The position numbers were made by a program, and so were the translations under genes. A stretch of 64,000 nt of DNA from Spirochaetia bacterium (GTDB lineage Bacteria; Spirochaetota; UBA4802; UBA5550): the NCBI GenBank assembly GCA_009885955.1, contig VFJS01000061.1:30228-94227 (forward strand), read 5' to 3'. Every line of letters starts with the position of its first letter. Within the stretch, counting starts at the first letter, position 1. Under the pieces are notes generated by a model, which was given only the letters and a program-made list of their open reading frames with translations, did no database searches and was not told the DNA's origin. This document shows, piece by piece, positions 30,353 to 42,172 of the stretch.

Positions 30353-30916
30353 CTACTCCACGGTAATTCCGGCCACATAGGGGTTCCCGAGGTTTCCCGA
30401 GCCCATTGAACTTTTCTTATTTATTTCCTCGGCATCGGAATAGGCTTCAACTATACCCACAACATGAATAATGGCAGTGATGAAGAAGAGGAGCCCTGAG
30501 ACAATCACCTTTGACTGAAAGTCGGGACCCTTGTTCTGGACAAAAGACCGGTAAATGTAGTAACCGGTCACCGAGTACCCTGCCCCTGCTGCAAGGCAGA
30601 AGGCAATCCCTTTCAGGTCCTTCCTGAGGTATATCTGGCCGCCCCCGGGGATAATAAGTGAGAGCAGGCACGCAAGCCGTGGATCTTTTCTCTCACCCTT
30701 CCGGGAGCTATACCTGCTTTCCGCGGTCCGGCCTGAGACTTCAACATCTTCAGAGCCCCTGTCATCGCCCCTGAAGATCTTTTTACTCTCGTTTTTTTTC
30801 CTGGCTCCCTCCTCCTCAATTGTAAGGGGGTAGAGAGCCGGCATGAAATGGTAATTCATTAAAAACAGTATGGCTAATGTCATTGCTGAAACCCTGCTGA
30901 ATCTCATGTTAACCAC
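30353..30916 (-). CDS. Hypothetical membrane protein (TM2-like segment)
   Basis: KDPRLACLLSLIIPGGGQIYL plus TM helices. Confidence 0.65.
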   Translation of the reverse strand: MVNMRFSRVSAMTLAILFLMNYHFMPALYPLTIEEEGARKKNESKKIFRGDDRGSEDVEVSGRTAESRYSSRKGERKDPRLACLLSLIIPGGGQIYLRKDLKGIAFCLAAGAGYSVTGYYIYRSFVQNKGPDFQSKVIVSGLLFFITAIIHVVGIVEAYSDAEEINKKSSMGSGNLGNPYVAGITVE

Positions 30917-30937
30917 CTTCCGATAGAGTTGTCATTT

Positions 30938-31981
30938 TCACAGGAAGGAAACCCTGTTCCTGCCGTTTTTTTTGGAGACGTAAAGTGCCCTGTCTGTCCT
31001 TGATATCAGGTCCTCCTTTACCCTGTCCGATTCAGGGTCGAGCTGGGATATGCCGATGGATATGGTAATGCCCAGTTCATCGTCGCCGTTTTTAAGCTTT
31101 ACATTTGCGATGCTCTCCCGTATCCTCTCAGCTGCTATAAGGGCCTCAGTAATTTCCGTTTTGGGCATGATTACGGCAAACTCCTCGCCGCCATACCTTG
31201 CAGCGGTGTCCGACGGCCTGATGTTTTCCATCAGGACCTGCGCGACCATTTTCAACACGCTGTCGCCGGTTATGTGGCCGTACCTGTCATTAAAATCCTT
31301 GAAATGATCAATATCCGCCATGATGAGTGAAAGAGGCTTTTTGGTAACAAGTGACTTCTCAAAGATCTCATTAAGTGTGGCCTGAAAAAAGTGATGTATC
31401 TTCAGTTTCGTCATCATGTCCGTTGTGGCCATGTCGTAGAGCCTGGCATTGTGAATTGCTATGCCGGCAAGTGATGCAATCTGCAGAACATAATCCATCT
31501 CCGAGGGGCTGAATTCCACCTTTTTTATGCGCTCACCGAGAATCATGATGCCGTTGAGCTCCCCCTTGCTCACCAGCGGCACAATAAGCCCCGGGTCGAG
31601 CATTTTCAGCAGGCTGAAAGACGAGTCGGCGAGGTTGCCCTTTATCAGATCCTCCAGGGTGAAACACCTGAATTCCCTCGCGATGAACCTCACTGTTTCA
31701 GAGAGGGATATTATTTCATATTCCGTTGTATGGTCTATTTCAAAACCCTTGTAATTTCTGTGAAGGGTGAAATTATCAAACCCCACCCCTTTTCTAAGAA
31801 ATATACCGGCTTTTAAAAGCTGCATCTGCCCCATGAGCGTAAGCAGTATAGAATCGATAAGGGTGTTATAATCAAGCGTAGAACTCAGCCCCTTGCTGAT
31901 CTCCAGGATCTGCTTCAGGTCGTAAATTTTTCTTTCATACTGCTCAATTTCCACAGGCCATGTAATATTCTGTTCGGGCAT
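30938..31981 (-). CDS. GAF-GGDEF diguanylate cyclase
   Basis: GAF domain; DIDHFK..ND.YGH..GD; RxxD I-site (RPSD); RYGGEEF. Confidence 0.92.
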   Translation of the reverse strand: MPEQNITWPVEIEQYERKIYDLKQILEISKGLSSTLDYNTLIDSILLTLMGQMQLLKAGIFLRKGVGFDNFTLHRNYKGFEIDHTTEYEIISLSETVRFIAREFRCFTLEDLIKGNLADSSFSLLKMLDPGLIVPLVSKGELNGIMILGERIKKVEFSPSEMDYVLQIASLAGIAIHNARLYDMATTDMMTKLKIHHFFQATLNEIFEKSLVTKKPLSLIMADIDHFKDFNDRYGHITGDSVLKMVAQVLMENIRPSDTAARYGGEEFAVIMPKTEITEALIAAERIRESIANVKLKNGDDELGITISIGISQLDPESDRVKEDLISRTDRALYVSKKNGRNRVSFL

Positions 31982-32169
31982 GATATATCCTTAGTTTATG
32001 ATAGAAACTGATTAAAAAATAACAGGTTTTATGAAAAAATTTATGATCCGCTCAAAGGGTATTATAATCATATCCTTTTTATAATATCAAACTAACAATA
32101 AAAGTTTTACCTGTCAAAAAAAAATCTTAATTTCAATAATATTTTGATAAATCATCTGAAATGCCATAC

Positions 32170-32889
32170 CTACCCTGCAAGCGCAATGGCCTCTTTGAGA
32201 TCGATCCGCCTGTCGTATATTGATTTCCCCAGGATACAGCCCTTAAGGCCCATGTTCACATATTCCTTCAGTTTTTTAATATCGGAATATGACGCAATGC
32301 CTCCCGAGGCAATGAGCTCTATTCCTTTGATCTCAGTGAGGATTTTCTCAATGGTCGGAAAATTAGGGCCGCTCAGCATGCCGTCGGTTGAGATGTCGGT
32401 GTAGATTATCTCTTTTATATCGATACTGACCAGCTCTTTTATGAACTCCAGCGCGTCCAGATGGGATATATTTTTCCATCCGTGCGTAGCCACCATGGAA
32501 TTTCTGGCATCTATTCCGGCAATGATGTACTTCCGGTATTTCTCAATGATCCCGCTGAACTCCGGCCGGAGCACCACGGTGCCCAGGATTATTCTGTTAA
32601 TACCGGCATCAAGGTATTTTTCCACCGATTCCATGGACCTGATTCCGCCGCCGACTTCAATCGGGATTTTCACTGATTTTTTAATTTCAGCAATCAGATT
32701 AAAGTTTACCGTATCTCCCAGAAAGGCGCCGTCAAGATCCACAACATGGATAAGCTCAGCGCCCATGTCCTGGAACTCCCTGGCAACATCAGCCGGGCTT
32801 GTCGAATATATTGTTTCCTTCCCCGGGTCACCCTGGAGGAGCCTTACGCAGTTTCCATTCCGTATGTCGATGGCCGGGATTATGAGCAT
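32170..32889 (-). CDS. hisA: ProFAR isomerase
   Basis: IIPAIDIRNGNCVRL.QG, HVVDLDGA, VGGGIR, TDISTDGML.GP. Confidence 0.96.
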   Translation of the reverse strand: MLIIPAIDIRNGNCVRLLQGDPGKETIYSTSPADVAREFQDMGAELIHVVDLDGAFLGDTVNFNLIAEIKKSVKIPIEVGGGIRSMESVEKYLDAGINRIILGTVVLRPEFSGIIEKYRKYIIAGIDARNSMVATHGWKNISHLDALEFIKELVSIDIKEIIYTDISTDGMLSGPNFPTIEKILTEIKGIELIASGGIASYSDIKKLKEYVNMGLKGCILGKSIYDRRIDLKEAIALAG

Positions 32890-33491
32890 ACAAGCCCGGT
32901 AAAGTTCTCGATTATTTTAAGCCCCCAGTTATGGCTCTTTTCCGGGTGAAACTGGGCCGCGATGAGGTTTCCCTTCCCCACGATACACGGGAACCTGACC
33001 CCGTAATCAACCTCGCCCAGCATCCATGTCCTGTCCTCGATCTCGGGATAATAGGAATGAATAAAATAAAAGTAGGGATCCCCGGGAATGCCTTCGAGAA
33101 ATTTTGATTTGTCCCGTATGGCAACATTGTTCCAGCCCATGTGCGGGACTTTATATCCTGCCAGGCTGAATCTCTTCACCTTCCCTTGTATGATATCCAG
33201 GCCTCTGGAAAAACCGAACTCCTCGCTTGATGAAAAAAGGAGCTGGAATCCCAGGCAGATGCCGAGGAAAAATCCCCCTCCATGAATGAACTCCTTCAGT
33301 GGCCCGGTCCATTTCAACTCGTCCAGGTGCTTCATGGCCATTCCGAATGCCCCGTCGCCCGGCAATATGAGGGCTTTTGAGTCTTTGATAGATGCAGGGT
33401 CGTTTGAGATCCTGACCCTGCCGGTATACTTCTCAACGGCTTTCACCACAGACCTGAGATTCCCCATCCCGTAGTCAATGACCGTTATCAA
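32880..33491 (-). CDS. hisH: Imidazole glycerol phosphate synthase glutaminase subunit
   Basis: DYGMGNLRSV, GICLGFQ, PHMGWN, QFHPEKS. Confidence 0.96.
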   Translation of the reverse strand: MITVIDYGMGNLRSVVKAVEKYTGRVRISNDPASIKDSKALILPGDGAFGMAMKHLDELKWTGPLKEFIHGGGFFLGICLGFQLLFSSSEEFGFSRGLDIIQGKVKRFSLAGYKVPHMGWNNVAIRDKSKFLEGIPGDPYFYFIHSYYPEIEDRTWMLGEVDYGVRFPCIVGKGNLIAAQFHPEKSHNWGLKIIENFTGLVCS

Positions 33492-34081
33492 GAGAGGCTC
33501 CCCTTGAGGGACATTATTTTATCATTTAGGTAAGGGTCTATTGAACAGGCCTTGAACAATGAAAGGCCCAGCGCCTTGTATATGGATTCATGGATGTGAT
33601 GCCTGTTTTCACCATGCAAAACCCTGACATGTATGCATATTCCCGCGTTGACGGCAAAGGAACGGAGAAACTCAAGTGTAAGCTCTTCACTAAATTTTTT
33701 AATGACACCGCTGAGTTCCATACCCTCATACCGGAAGTAAGGCCTGCCGGAGAGGTCAACTGCCGCAAGGGTGAGAGCGTCATCCATGGGGACTGTTGCG
33801 TCACCGAAGCGCCGGAGCCCCTTTTTCTCACCAAGAATTTTTTTAAATGCAAGGCCCAGGCTGATGCCGATATCCTCGACCGAATGGTGATCGTCTATGT
33901 GGTGGTCGCCTTTGCATTTAAGCTTAAGAAAAAACCTTCCGTGTTTCGACATTGATGAGAGCATGTGGTCGAAGAAAGGTACTCCGCTGTCTATTGATGA
34001 TTCTTCCAGGGATGACAGCTCCAGCTCCAGTGCGATATCCGTCTCCCGTGTAATTCTCTTCTCTTCCGATTTACGCTTCAT
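33488..34081 (-). CDS. hisB: Imidazoleglycerol-phosphate dehydratase
   Basis: FFDHML, DDHHSVED, PMDDA, GENRHHIHE. Confidence 0.96.
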   Translation of the reverse strand: MKRKSEEKRITRETDIALELELSSLEESSIDSGVPFFDHMLSSMSKHGRFFLKLKCKGDHHIDDHHSVEDIGISLGLAFKKILGEKKGLRRFGDATVPMDDALTLAAVDLSGRPYFRYEGMELSGVIKKFSEELTLEFLRSFAVNAGICIHVRVLHGENRHHIHESIYKALGLSLFKACSIDPYLNDKIMSLKGSLS

Positions 34082-34091
34082 ACTATTCCGC

Positions 34092-36962
34092 CTAATATTC
34101 AAATCCTATGCTGAAGAGTATTTCTCTTCGCCCGATAGACTTATTATCACAGGGCCACGCATAGTCAAGTTTTAAAATAATTATAGGAAAAATTGCAAGC
34201 CTTAATCCAAAGCCGAAATCACTCTTCAGATCGTCATATCTTCCGGTAGTTTTATTTAAATAATTAAATTTCCCGTCCCAGGCGGACCCTGCATCATAAA
34301 AAATGACCCCCCCGATATTGCCGGTGCCGATAAACAGGGGCCAGCCGAACTTGATTCCCTCGATAAATGTAAAACGGAATTCGGTATTTACAAAGAACAT
34401 CTTTGTCCCGCTATATTCCAGGAGCGGATGGCCCCTGAGCGTATTGAACCCGCCAATGGCGTATTTAAAATACCTGCTCTCTTCACCGGAAGTCCTGCCG
34501 CCGGCCCCCCTGAAGGCGAAAACATATTTTTTACGTAAAAGAAAATATCTCCTCATATCAACATTGATATCCGAATAGCCGGCGTCCCTGCCTGATATGT
34601 CAACAGCCCTTTCCACTTCAACCCTCCCCCTGAAACCGTCCACGGGGACCATGCCGCTCCAGAGAACATTGTCATAGACCATGGAGGCCGAGGCCCTGTT
34701 GACATTGAACATTACGTCGGGGTTTGATACAAGCGGCGAATAGTCCTTTTCGATCCTCCCCGACGATACCTTCAGATCAAGCCTGAAATACCTGGTAAAG
34801 GGATAACTGGCTATGCCGTAGCAGCCGTAACTGTCCATGCCGGTTATTCCGTAATTGACATTATGGATGAGCTGGTTTATCCCTTCCAGTGAATATATGA
34901 GAAAGGGGTTCTTCTGCCGGTACATGCCGAAACCGAAATCCCACCGGTACCTGAGATAGTAATAGGCCAGGTCCAGGTTATAGTCTCCGCTGCCGTCCTG
35001 GCGCAGATAATTTGCCGTGAAGACAGTCCGGTGGTTCCCCAGGAGATCGGAAAAGGAGATCTGTACAATGCCCATCAGACCCTGGTTCACAATACCCGCC
35101 AGCCCGAAATTCACCGCGTCCGCGGCGAGCCAGGGGTCGTAATTCCTGAATACCGAATCTCCGATGCTGAAAGGAGACAGGGTTTTATCATGGACCATGT
35201 ATTCTGTATCCCGTGCGGCCAGGTCGATTTTACGGTCAATATTGCCAATCTCCTTCATGAATATATCATACCCGGCATTATGATAGGATACAAAGGCAAT
35301 ATTCTTTCCATCAGGGAACCACCTGGGGTAAAAGATACCGGAGAGGGCATTGGTGACCATGGATTCTTTACCGGTGACCATGTCATGGACATAGGCATTG
35401 TAAATGCCGGTCCTGTTTGATATATAGAGGATCCTGTTCCCGTCGGGCGATATGTCGCACTGGAGGCTGCTCCCCGGGCCGCCGGTGACCAACTCCCTTT
35501 TCCCTGTAGCGATATCAATCCGCTCTATTTCATATGCCCCGGACACTCCCCCCGACTCCTCTACTCTGCCCGAAGAAAAGATGATGCTCCTGCCGTCAGG
35601 GGTCATCCTGGGGTACCTCTTGGGGGATCTGTCGCCGGTCACCAGCGACAGCCTGCCGGTCTCAAGGGAGAGGAGATATATCTGCATTGACCACCCTCCG
35701 GTGCCGATGAAAACAATGAACCTGCCGTCCGGAGAGACCGACGGATCGCGCAATTCCCTGACAGGAGGTTTAATCTCCCTGATTATTTTCCCCGAATCAG
35801 GGTCAACCATGTATATGACATCCCTCCCGCCGGACTGGGCGGTAAATACCACGGCTCTCCCGTCCCCGGTCCAGGTGAGGTAATTTTTAAAGAGGTGCAT
35901 TCCCTCGAACCGCTCCCCCCTGTCAGCGGAGGCAAGGACCTTCACAATTTTCTCTTTCTTATCTTTAATCCCGCTGCTGTCTATGGATGCTGTTACAAGG
36001 CTTGCATAGATATCCCTGTTCGTGAGATAGGCAATTTTTTTCCCGTCCGGGGAGAGCGCGGGGCAGATGTTGATGGATGACCCCGTCTTCTCATGGAAGG
36101 TGATCTGTTTTCCATCATCATCCCCGAAATTTCTCTCTTTAGCCAGGTGAAAATAGCGTTTCTTGAAAAACCGTATCCATTCCCTGTTCATGTCCTCCAG
36201 GTCGTGTCCGGTAACAGACTTCATGGCCTCATCAATGGATGAAAGATCCCTGATATCGCGGAAGAGCTCCCCGACGGCAAACTTTCCGTAATTTTTTTCC
36301 AGGAAGAAAAAAAAGGACTGCCCCTCCTTGTAAAGAAGATACATGCCGGCAAATTTGAATTCGGCCAGCTCCTCCAGCGTGGAATACTTTTCATTGAACA
36401 GCGCGTCCCTCATGACCATGTCAGCAGTTTCATCAAACCCGGCTGAAATATATTCAGCCATGCCCTCTGCTATCCAGAGGGGAACTTTCGATATGTTGAA
36501 CCCCGGAAATAGAGACGATGATTCACTGGAGAAAAGAATATTGAACTGGAACGCATGGACCAGCTCATGAACCAGGACATGCCTGAATTCGCTCTCCGAG
36601 CCGGTATAGGGGACTACGACCCTGCTCTTGATGGAATCGGTAAATCCCCCGGTCCCTTCACCGGGGAGATAGGGGATGATATTATTGTTCTGGAACCCGG
36701 CATGGGACGGGTATACAATAACCGGCACGGCCTCGGTGAGTTCATGTCTTAGAAGGTTGGCAATATGTACATACCCGTTTTCGGCAATTTCCGCTGTCTT
36801 GAGGGCCAGTTCCTCCATGCCCCCGGGATAGTGGATGTCGAAATGGATTGTTTTTAACTGCTTCCATTCATATATATCATAGTTGATCTTATTCTTGCCG
36901 AAGGGATGGAGCGGCAGATTTAACAATAGAAGGATAGAAATGACTAAAATGGGTGATTTCAT
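34092..36962 (-). CDS. Omp85-family protein with peptidase-MA-like (HExxH) and PD40/TolB propeller domains
   Basis: HELVH...PLWIAEGMAEY; repeated SPDG motifs; C-terminal barrel with GGFNTLRGH and FSIGFEY terminus. Confidence 0.8.
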   Translation of the reverse strand: MKSPILVISILLLLNLPLHPFGKNKINYDIYEWKQLKTIHFDIHYPGGMEELALKTAEIAENGYVHIANLLRHELTEAVPVIVYPSHAGFQNNNIIPYLPGEGTGGFTDSIKSRVVVPYTGSESEFRHVLVHELVHAFQFNILFSSESSSLFPGFNISKVPLWIAEGMAEYISAGFDETADMVMRDALFNEKYSTLEELAEFKFAGMYLLYKEGQSFFFFLEKNYGKFAVGELFRDIRDLSSIDEAMKSVTGHDLEDMNREWIRFFKKRYFHLAKERNFGDDDGKQITFHEKTGSSINICPALSPDGKKIAYLTNRDIYASLVTASIDSSGIKDKKEKIVKVLASADRGERFEGMHLFKNYLTWTGDGRAVVFTAQSGGRDVIYMVDPDSGKIIREIKPPVRELRDPSVSPDGRFIVFIGTGGWSMQIYLLSLETGRLSLVTGDRSPKRYPRMTPDGRSIIFSSGRVEESGGVSGAYEIERIDIATGKRELVTGGPGSSLQCDISPDGNRILYISNRTGIYNAYVHDMVTGKESMVTNALSGIFYPRWFPDGKNIAFVSYHNAGYDIFMKEIGNIDRKIDLAARDTEYMVHDKTLSPFSIGDSVFRNYDPWLAADAVNFGLAGIVNQGLMGIVQISFSDLLGNHRTVFTANYLRQDGSGDYNLDLAYYYLRYRWDFGFGMYRQKNPFLIYSLEGINQLIHNVNYGITGMDSYGCYGIASYPFTRYFRLDLKVSSGRIEKDYSPLVSNPDVMFNVNRASASMVYDNVLWSGMVPVDGFRGRVEVERAVDISGRDAGYSDINVDMRRYFLLRKKYVFAFRGAGGRTSGEESRYFKYAIGGFNTLRGHPLLEYSGTKMFFVNTEFRFTFIEGIKFGWPLFIGTGNIGGVIFYDAGSAWDGKFNYLNKTTGRYDDLKSDFGFGLRLAIFPIIILKLDYAWPCDNKSIGRREILFSIGFEY

Positions 36963-37002
36963 GGCCCGTTACTGCCCGGGTAAACCGCTGCCCGATGCCG
37001 GG

Positions 37003-37650
37003 TCACATCTTGTCTAAAAAATAGAGGGATTTTATTTCATCGGACGAAACCTTTCCTTCATGGATGATCTCCAGGTCTTTGCCTGTAAGGTCAACAATGG
37101 TGGGGAAAGGGTGCTCCCTGCAGAGCTCATCTATGATAACGGTAATCTCTATATTTTCCTGGTACAGGCTTACAAGCTTTTTATCCTTGAGCTTGAAAAA
37201 TCTCCCATTGTCATACCCTTTTATGAAAATCAACGGGCTGCCCATTGAGTCTATGATATCCTTCATATACCTGTTCTTGGGCAGGAGTACCATGGTTGTT
37301 GCCGAGTGCTGGAGGGGATCTCTTCTGTTCAGCTTCACGATGACCTCCCCGGGCCAGATCCGGTGAAGAAAATCAAATTTCATCTTATCGATGAGGGCAA
37401 TATCCTCAAGCATCCTGAACGTTGAAATCATCTGGAGAATACCGCTTTCATCGCCGCCGCAGATTTTCTCCAGCCTCTGGCGGACCCCTGATTCATCCAT
37501 TGAGATTATGCCGTAAATATGGTCCACGGGCATGGCTGCCAGGCCGCCGCTCTTCAAAATATTGATTATAGAACCCTGGAGCTCCCTGTCAATTGCGCCG
37601 CCCTTCTTCAGTTTTTTAAGTGAAATTATCTGGTTATTACCGGCTGTCAT
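37003..37650 (-). CDS. Divergent Sua5/TsaC (YrdC)-fold protein
   Basis: GGLAAMPVDHIYGI, WPG, PTIVDLT...IIHEG resemble YrdC, but KxR and SxN motifs are not evident. Confidence 0.65.
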   Translation of the reverse strand: MTAGNNQIISLKKLKKGGAIDRELQGSIINILKSGGLAAMPVDHIYGIISMDESGVRQRLEKICGGDESGILQMISTFRMLEDIALIDKMKFDFLHRIWPGEVIVKLNRRDPLQHSATTMVLLPKNRYMKDIIDSMGSPLIFIKGYDNGRFFKLKDKKLVSLYQENIEITVIIDELCREHPFPTIVDLTGKDLEIIHEGKVSSDEIKSLYFLDKM

Positions 37651-38214
37651 AGTCGCAGATTCTCTCTTTACAGTTAATTTCCCTGCTCAGCAGATCACAG
37701 GTTATTCTGCCAACCACATTCTCTTCGCAAATTCTATAGTGGGCGTAGTGTATATGCAGGCACTTGATGTTCGATATGTTCCCGACACCGCCGATGCCTG
37801 TCTCAAAGAGCCTGGTGTTTTCATCGAGGGAACTCACATCCCCCAGATAATGCCTGAATACCTTTTTCCTGAGAAAAAAATAATGGGCATGGGAAAATTT
37901 CATCTTTGATTCGAATTCATTCTCATTACCAATGAAGCCTGATATCTTTTCAATATATCCCATAGATTCCAGTTCATGGATCCTCCTGTTCATGTATGGA
38001 CAGGTGAGCCAGATGAGAGTGGAAAGGGACTTGAAGTTTATTTTCTTTTCCGAGTTCTTATAGTCGCCCTCCCTTACAGGGTAAAGCATGATAATTGACG
38101 GATAGTTCCAGCTGCACCTTTCTATTATCCCGGTAATATGGATATTCTCCGTATTAAGCTGTTTCTTAATTACATCAATATCCCGGTCATTATAATCATT
38201 AAAAATATAATCCA

Positions 38215-38215
<1 letters not shown>
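37637..38215 (-). CDS. DUF501-family protein
   Basis: TLIWLTCP...LES.G; GIGG...IKCLHIHYAH. Confidence 0.85.
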
Positions 38216-39937
<1,722 letters not shown>

Positions 39938-40141
39938 TTACATGTACCAATTATTAATCGCTTATTGTGAAAATCTCCGCAGAAACCCCTGAATAGGGAA
40001 GAATTTCGAATAAAATACGAAATACCCCGGTGATTCTGCCGTAAAAATCAGCAAACCTGGAGCCTGAATTATTATCAAAACTATCATTTCAGTTAATTTT
40101 AAATAAATCAAGTAAAATTCGATAAAAAATCGGTAATTATA

Positions 40142-40489
40142 TCATTCAATATATACGGCATCGGACCAGAGTTTTTCAAGCTGATAATAATCGTCCATCT
40201 CCCTGGTGAAAAGATGTACCACTATTTCATTGAAGTCCAGAACAATCCAGCCGGAGTTTAAATCGGGCCTCCCCCTCTCCCTGAATCCGGATTTAAAAAG
40301 GTATTTTTCAAGCTCTCTTGCCATAGATCTGCAATGGATATGGGAATTGCCCACTGAAATCAGAAAATAATCAAAATCAGGCGAGAGCTCCTTCACATCC
40401 ATGATTACCGTGCTCAGAGCCTTTTTATCGCTCAAAATATTTCTGCAGTTTTTTACCGTTTCTCCGGTATCCCCAAGGGGCCTCTTCAT
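40142..40489 (-). CDS. rsfS: Ribosome silencing factor
   Basis: DKKA, DYFLI, WIVLDF..IVVHLF, YYQLEKLW. Confidence 0.92.
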   Translation of the reverse strand: MKRPLGDTGETVKNCRNILSDKKALSTVIMDVKELSPDFDYFLISVGNSHIHCRSMARELEKYLFKSGFRERGRPDLNSGWIVLDFNEIVVHLFTREMDDYYQLEKLWSDAVYIE

Positions 40490-41589
40490 TTTACCATATC
40501 CTTTCCGGTAATGATGAGTACATTGTAAAAAAGCGCATTATCGATGACAGGCTGGATATTCTTTATCCCTGAAAGTTTTGAGATCTTGTCCAGGGATGGG
40601 ATATTCCCTTTCCTGCAGATTATCATTGAATCGGATATTTCCCTGTAGGGCGATGTGCCGAATTCGATTATGCTGAGCCCCTCTTTTATGAGGGAATTCC
40701 TTAATTTTCTGGCCAGCCCCGGGACATCGGAGCCGTTGACGATCTTTATCCGTAACTGTGATTCCGAAAATTTCCCTACAACGAGAGGGGTCATAAAATC
40801 CTCTTCATAGATCTTATAAGAGATGTCGTCCACGGTATAGAGTTCCTCCTTGAGAACGCCCGGGAGGAGCGAGGTCATGATATGCCCCTTTTTAAAGACA
40901 AAGTCACCGGCGGTCACGAATTCCCTGGGAAGCATGTTTGTCTTTATGGTCTTCAGTATTTCAGTGACGAATTTCAGGTTTCCGAATATTTTCTTCCTCT
41001 CCTTATTGTAATAGAGGTTGAGGATAATGTCCTGCATCCTGTCGTATCTTGAAAAGATGGAATTGTCCTGGGAGCTGTGTATGTACTTCAGCGCCTTGCT
41101 GCCGTCGAAATAATTCAATCCGGGATGAAGATCAGGGATATTCTTCACCTGGTCAAGTATGAAGATATCGATCCCTTCAATGAGGTCAATGATCCTCCTC
41201 ACATCAGGAGAGTACAGCTCAACATAAAAGGGGACATGTATCTTGAGATCAGCCATGAAGGCGTTCTTTATTTTTTTGAAATCGGTAAAATCAATATTGT
41301 CAATACGGGTGAACCCCTTATCGCTGTCGCTGTCCCTGATGCTGTATGATGGGGGGATGAAGGTAACACCGATATTGTTATTTACCGGATTTATGGTCAC
41401 CAGGGCAAAGTGCTTGTGCATATTTCTATTATAGATGCCGCTCCCGGCCACAAGGATGTTTATGAGCCGTTTTTCACCGGCAAGCTTTTCCACGGCATTC
41501 CTGGTGGTGATATTTTTGTAATATGCAGCTGCGATGATGATCATCAGGCCCAGGGCCGAGCCGAAGAGTATCAATAATTTCTTTTTCAA
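40486..41589 (-). CDS. LCP-family protein with LytR C-terminal domain
   Basis: N-terminal TM; IDLIEGIDI; IVNGSDVPGLARK; IITGKD. Confidence 0.75.
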   Translation of the reverse strand: MKKKLLILFGSALGLMIIIAAAYYKNITTRNAVEKLAGEKRLINILVAGSGIYNRNMHKHFALVTINPVNNNIGVTFIPPSYSIRDSDSDKGFTRIDNIDFTDFKKIKNAFMADLKIHVPFYVELYSPDVRRIIDLIEGIDIFILDQVKNIPDLHPGLNYFDGSKALKYIHSSQDNSIFSRYDRMQDIILNLYYNKERKKIFGNLKFVTEILKTIKTNMLPREFVTAGDFVFKKGHIMTSLLPGVLKEELYTVDDISYKIYEEDFMTPLVVGKFSESQLRIKIVNGSDVPGLARKLRNSLIKEGLSIIEFGTSPYREISDSMIICRKGNIPSLDKISKLSGIKNIQPVIDNALFYNVLIITGKDMVK

Positions 41590-42170
41590 TGTAGATACAA
41601 CCCCTTTTTATAAATATATTCCTCCACGGGCCCGGGGACCATGTACCTGATGCCGAGGCTGTTCCTCACCCGGTCCCTGATCATCGTCGAGCTTATCCCG
41701 ATGACAGGGTTCCCTGAATGAACCAGCCCGCGGCATTCCCCCCGGATCCCATTCCTGAATACCGGCTCCGCGCCCCTGTTCATTACAATGAGAGAGACAA
41801 GGGAGAGCAGCCTCTCATAATCCTTCCACGTATCAATCTCGTTAAAGGAATCGCTCCCCACGATGAGGGAGAGGGATGCGCCGGGATGAAGCCGAATCAG
41901 ATCATCCACGGTGCTGATGGTGTATGACGGGCTCTCCCTTTCAATCTCCATGAGCGATACGGAGAGACTTTCGTTCCCCTCTATGGCGAGCCTGACCATG
42001 TTTACCCTGTCCGCGGCCGGCGTTGCGCAGGCAACCTCCTTGTGCACCGGGGCGCGCGCAGGCACAATGATTATCCTGTCCAGGAGGCATTCTGTTCTGA
42101 TGAACTCGATGCCCATCAGGTGCCCCAGGTGAACCGGGTTGAAGGTGCCTCCGAAAATTCCTATCCTCAA
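41586..42170 (-). CDS. nadD: Nicotinate-nucleotide adenylyltransferase
   Basis: GIFGGTFNPVHLGH, SYT, ISSTMIR. Confidence 0.95.
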   Translation of the reverse strand: MRIGIFGGTFNPVHLGHLMGIEFIRTECLLDRIIIVPARAPVHKEVACATPAADRVNMVRLAIEGNESLSVSLMEIERESPSYTISTVDDLIRLHPGASLSLIVGSDSFNEIDTWKDYERLLSLVSLIVMNRGAEPVFRNGIRGECRGLVHSGNPVIGISSTMIRDRVRNSLGIRYMVPGPVEEYIYKKGLYLH

Positions 42171-42172
42171 TA

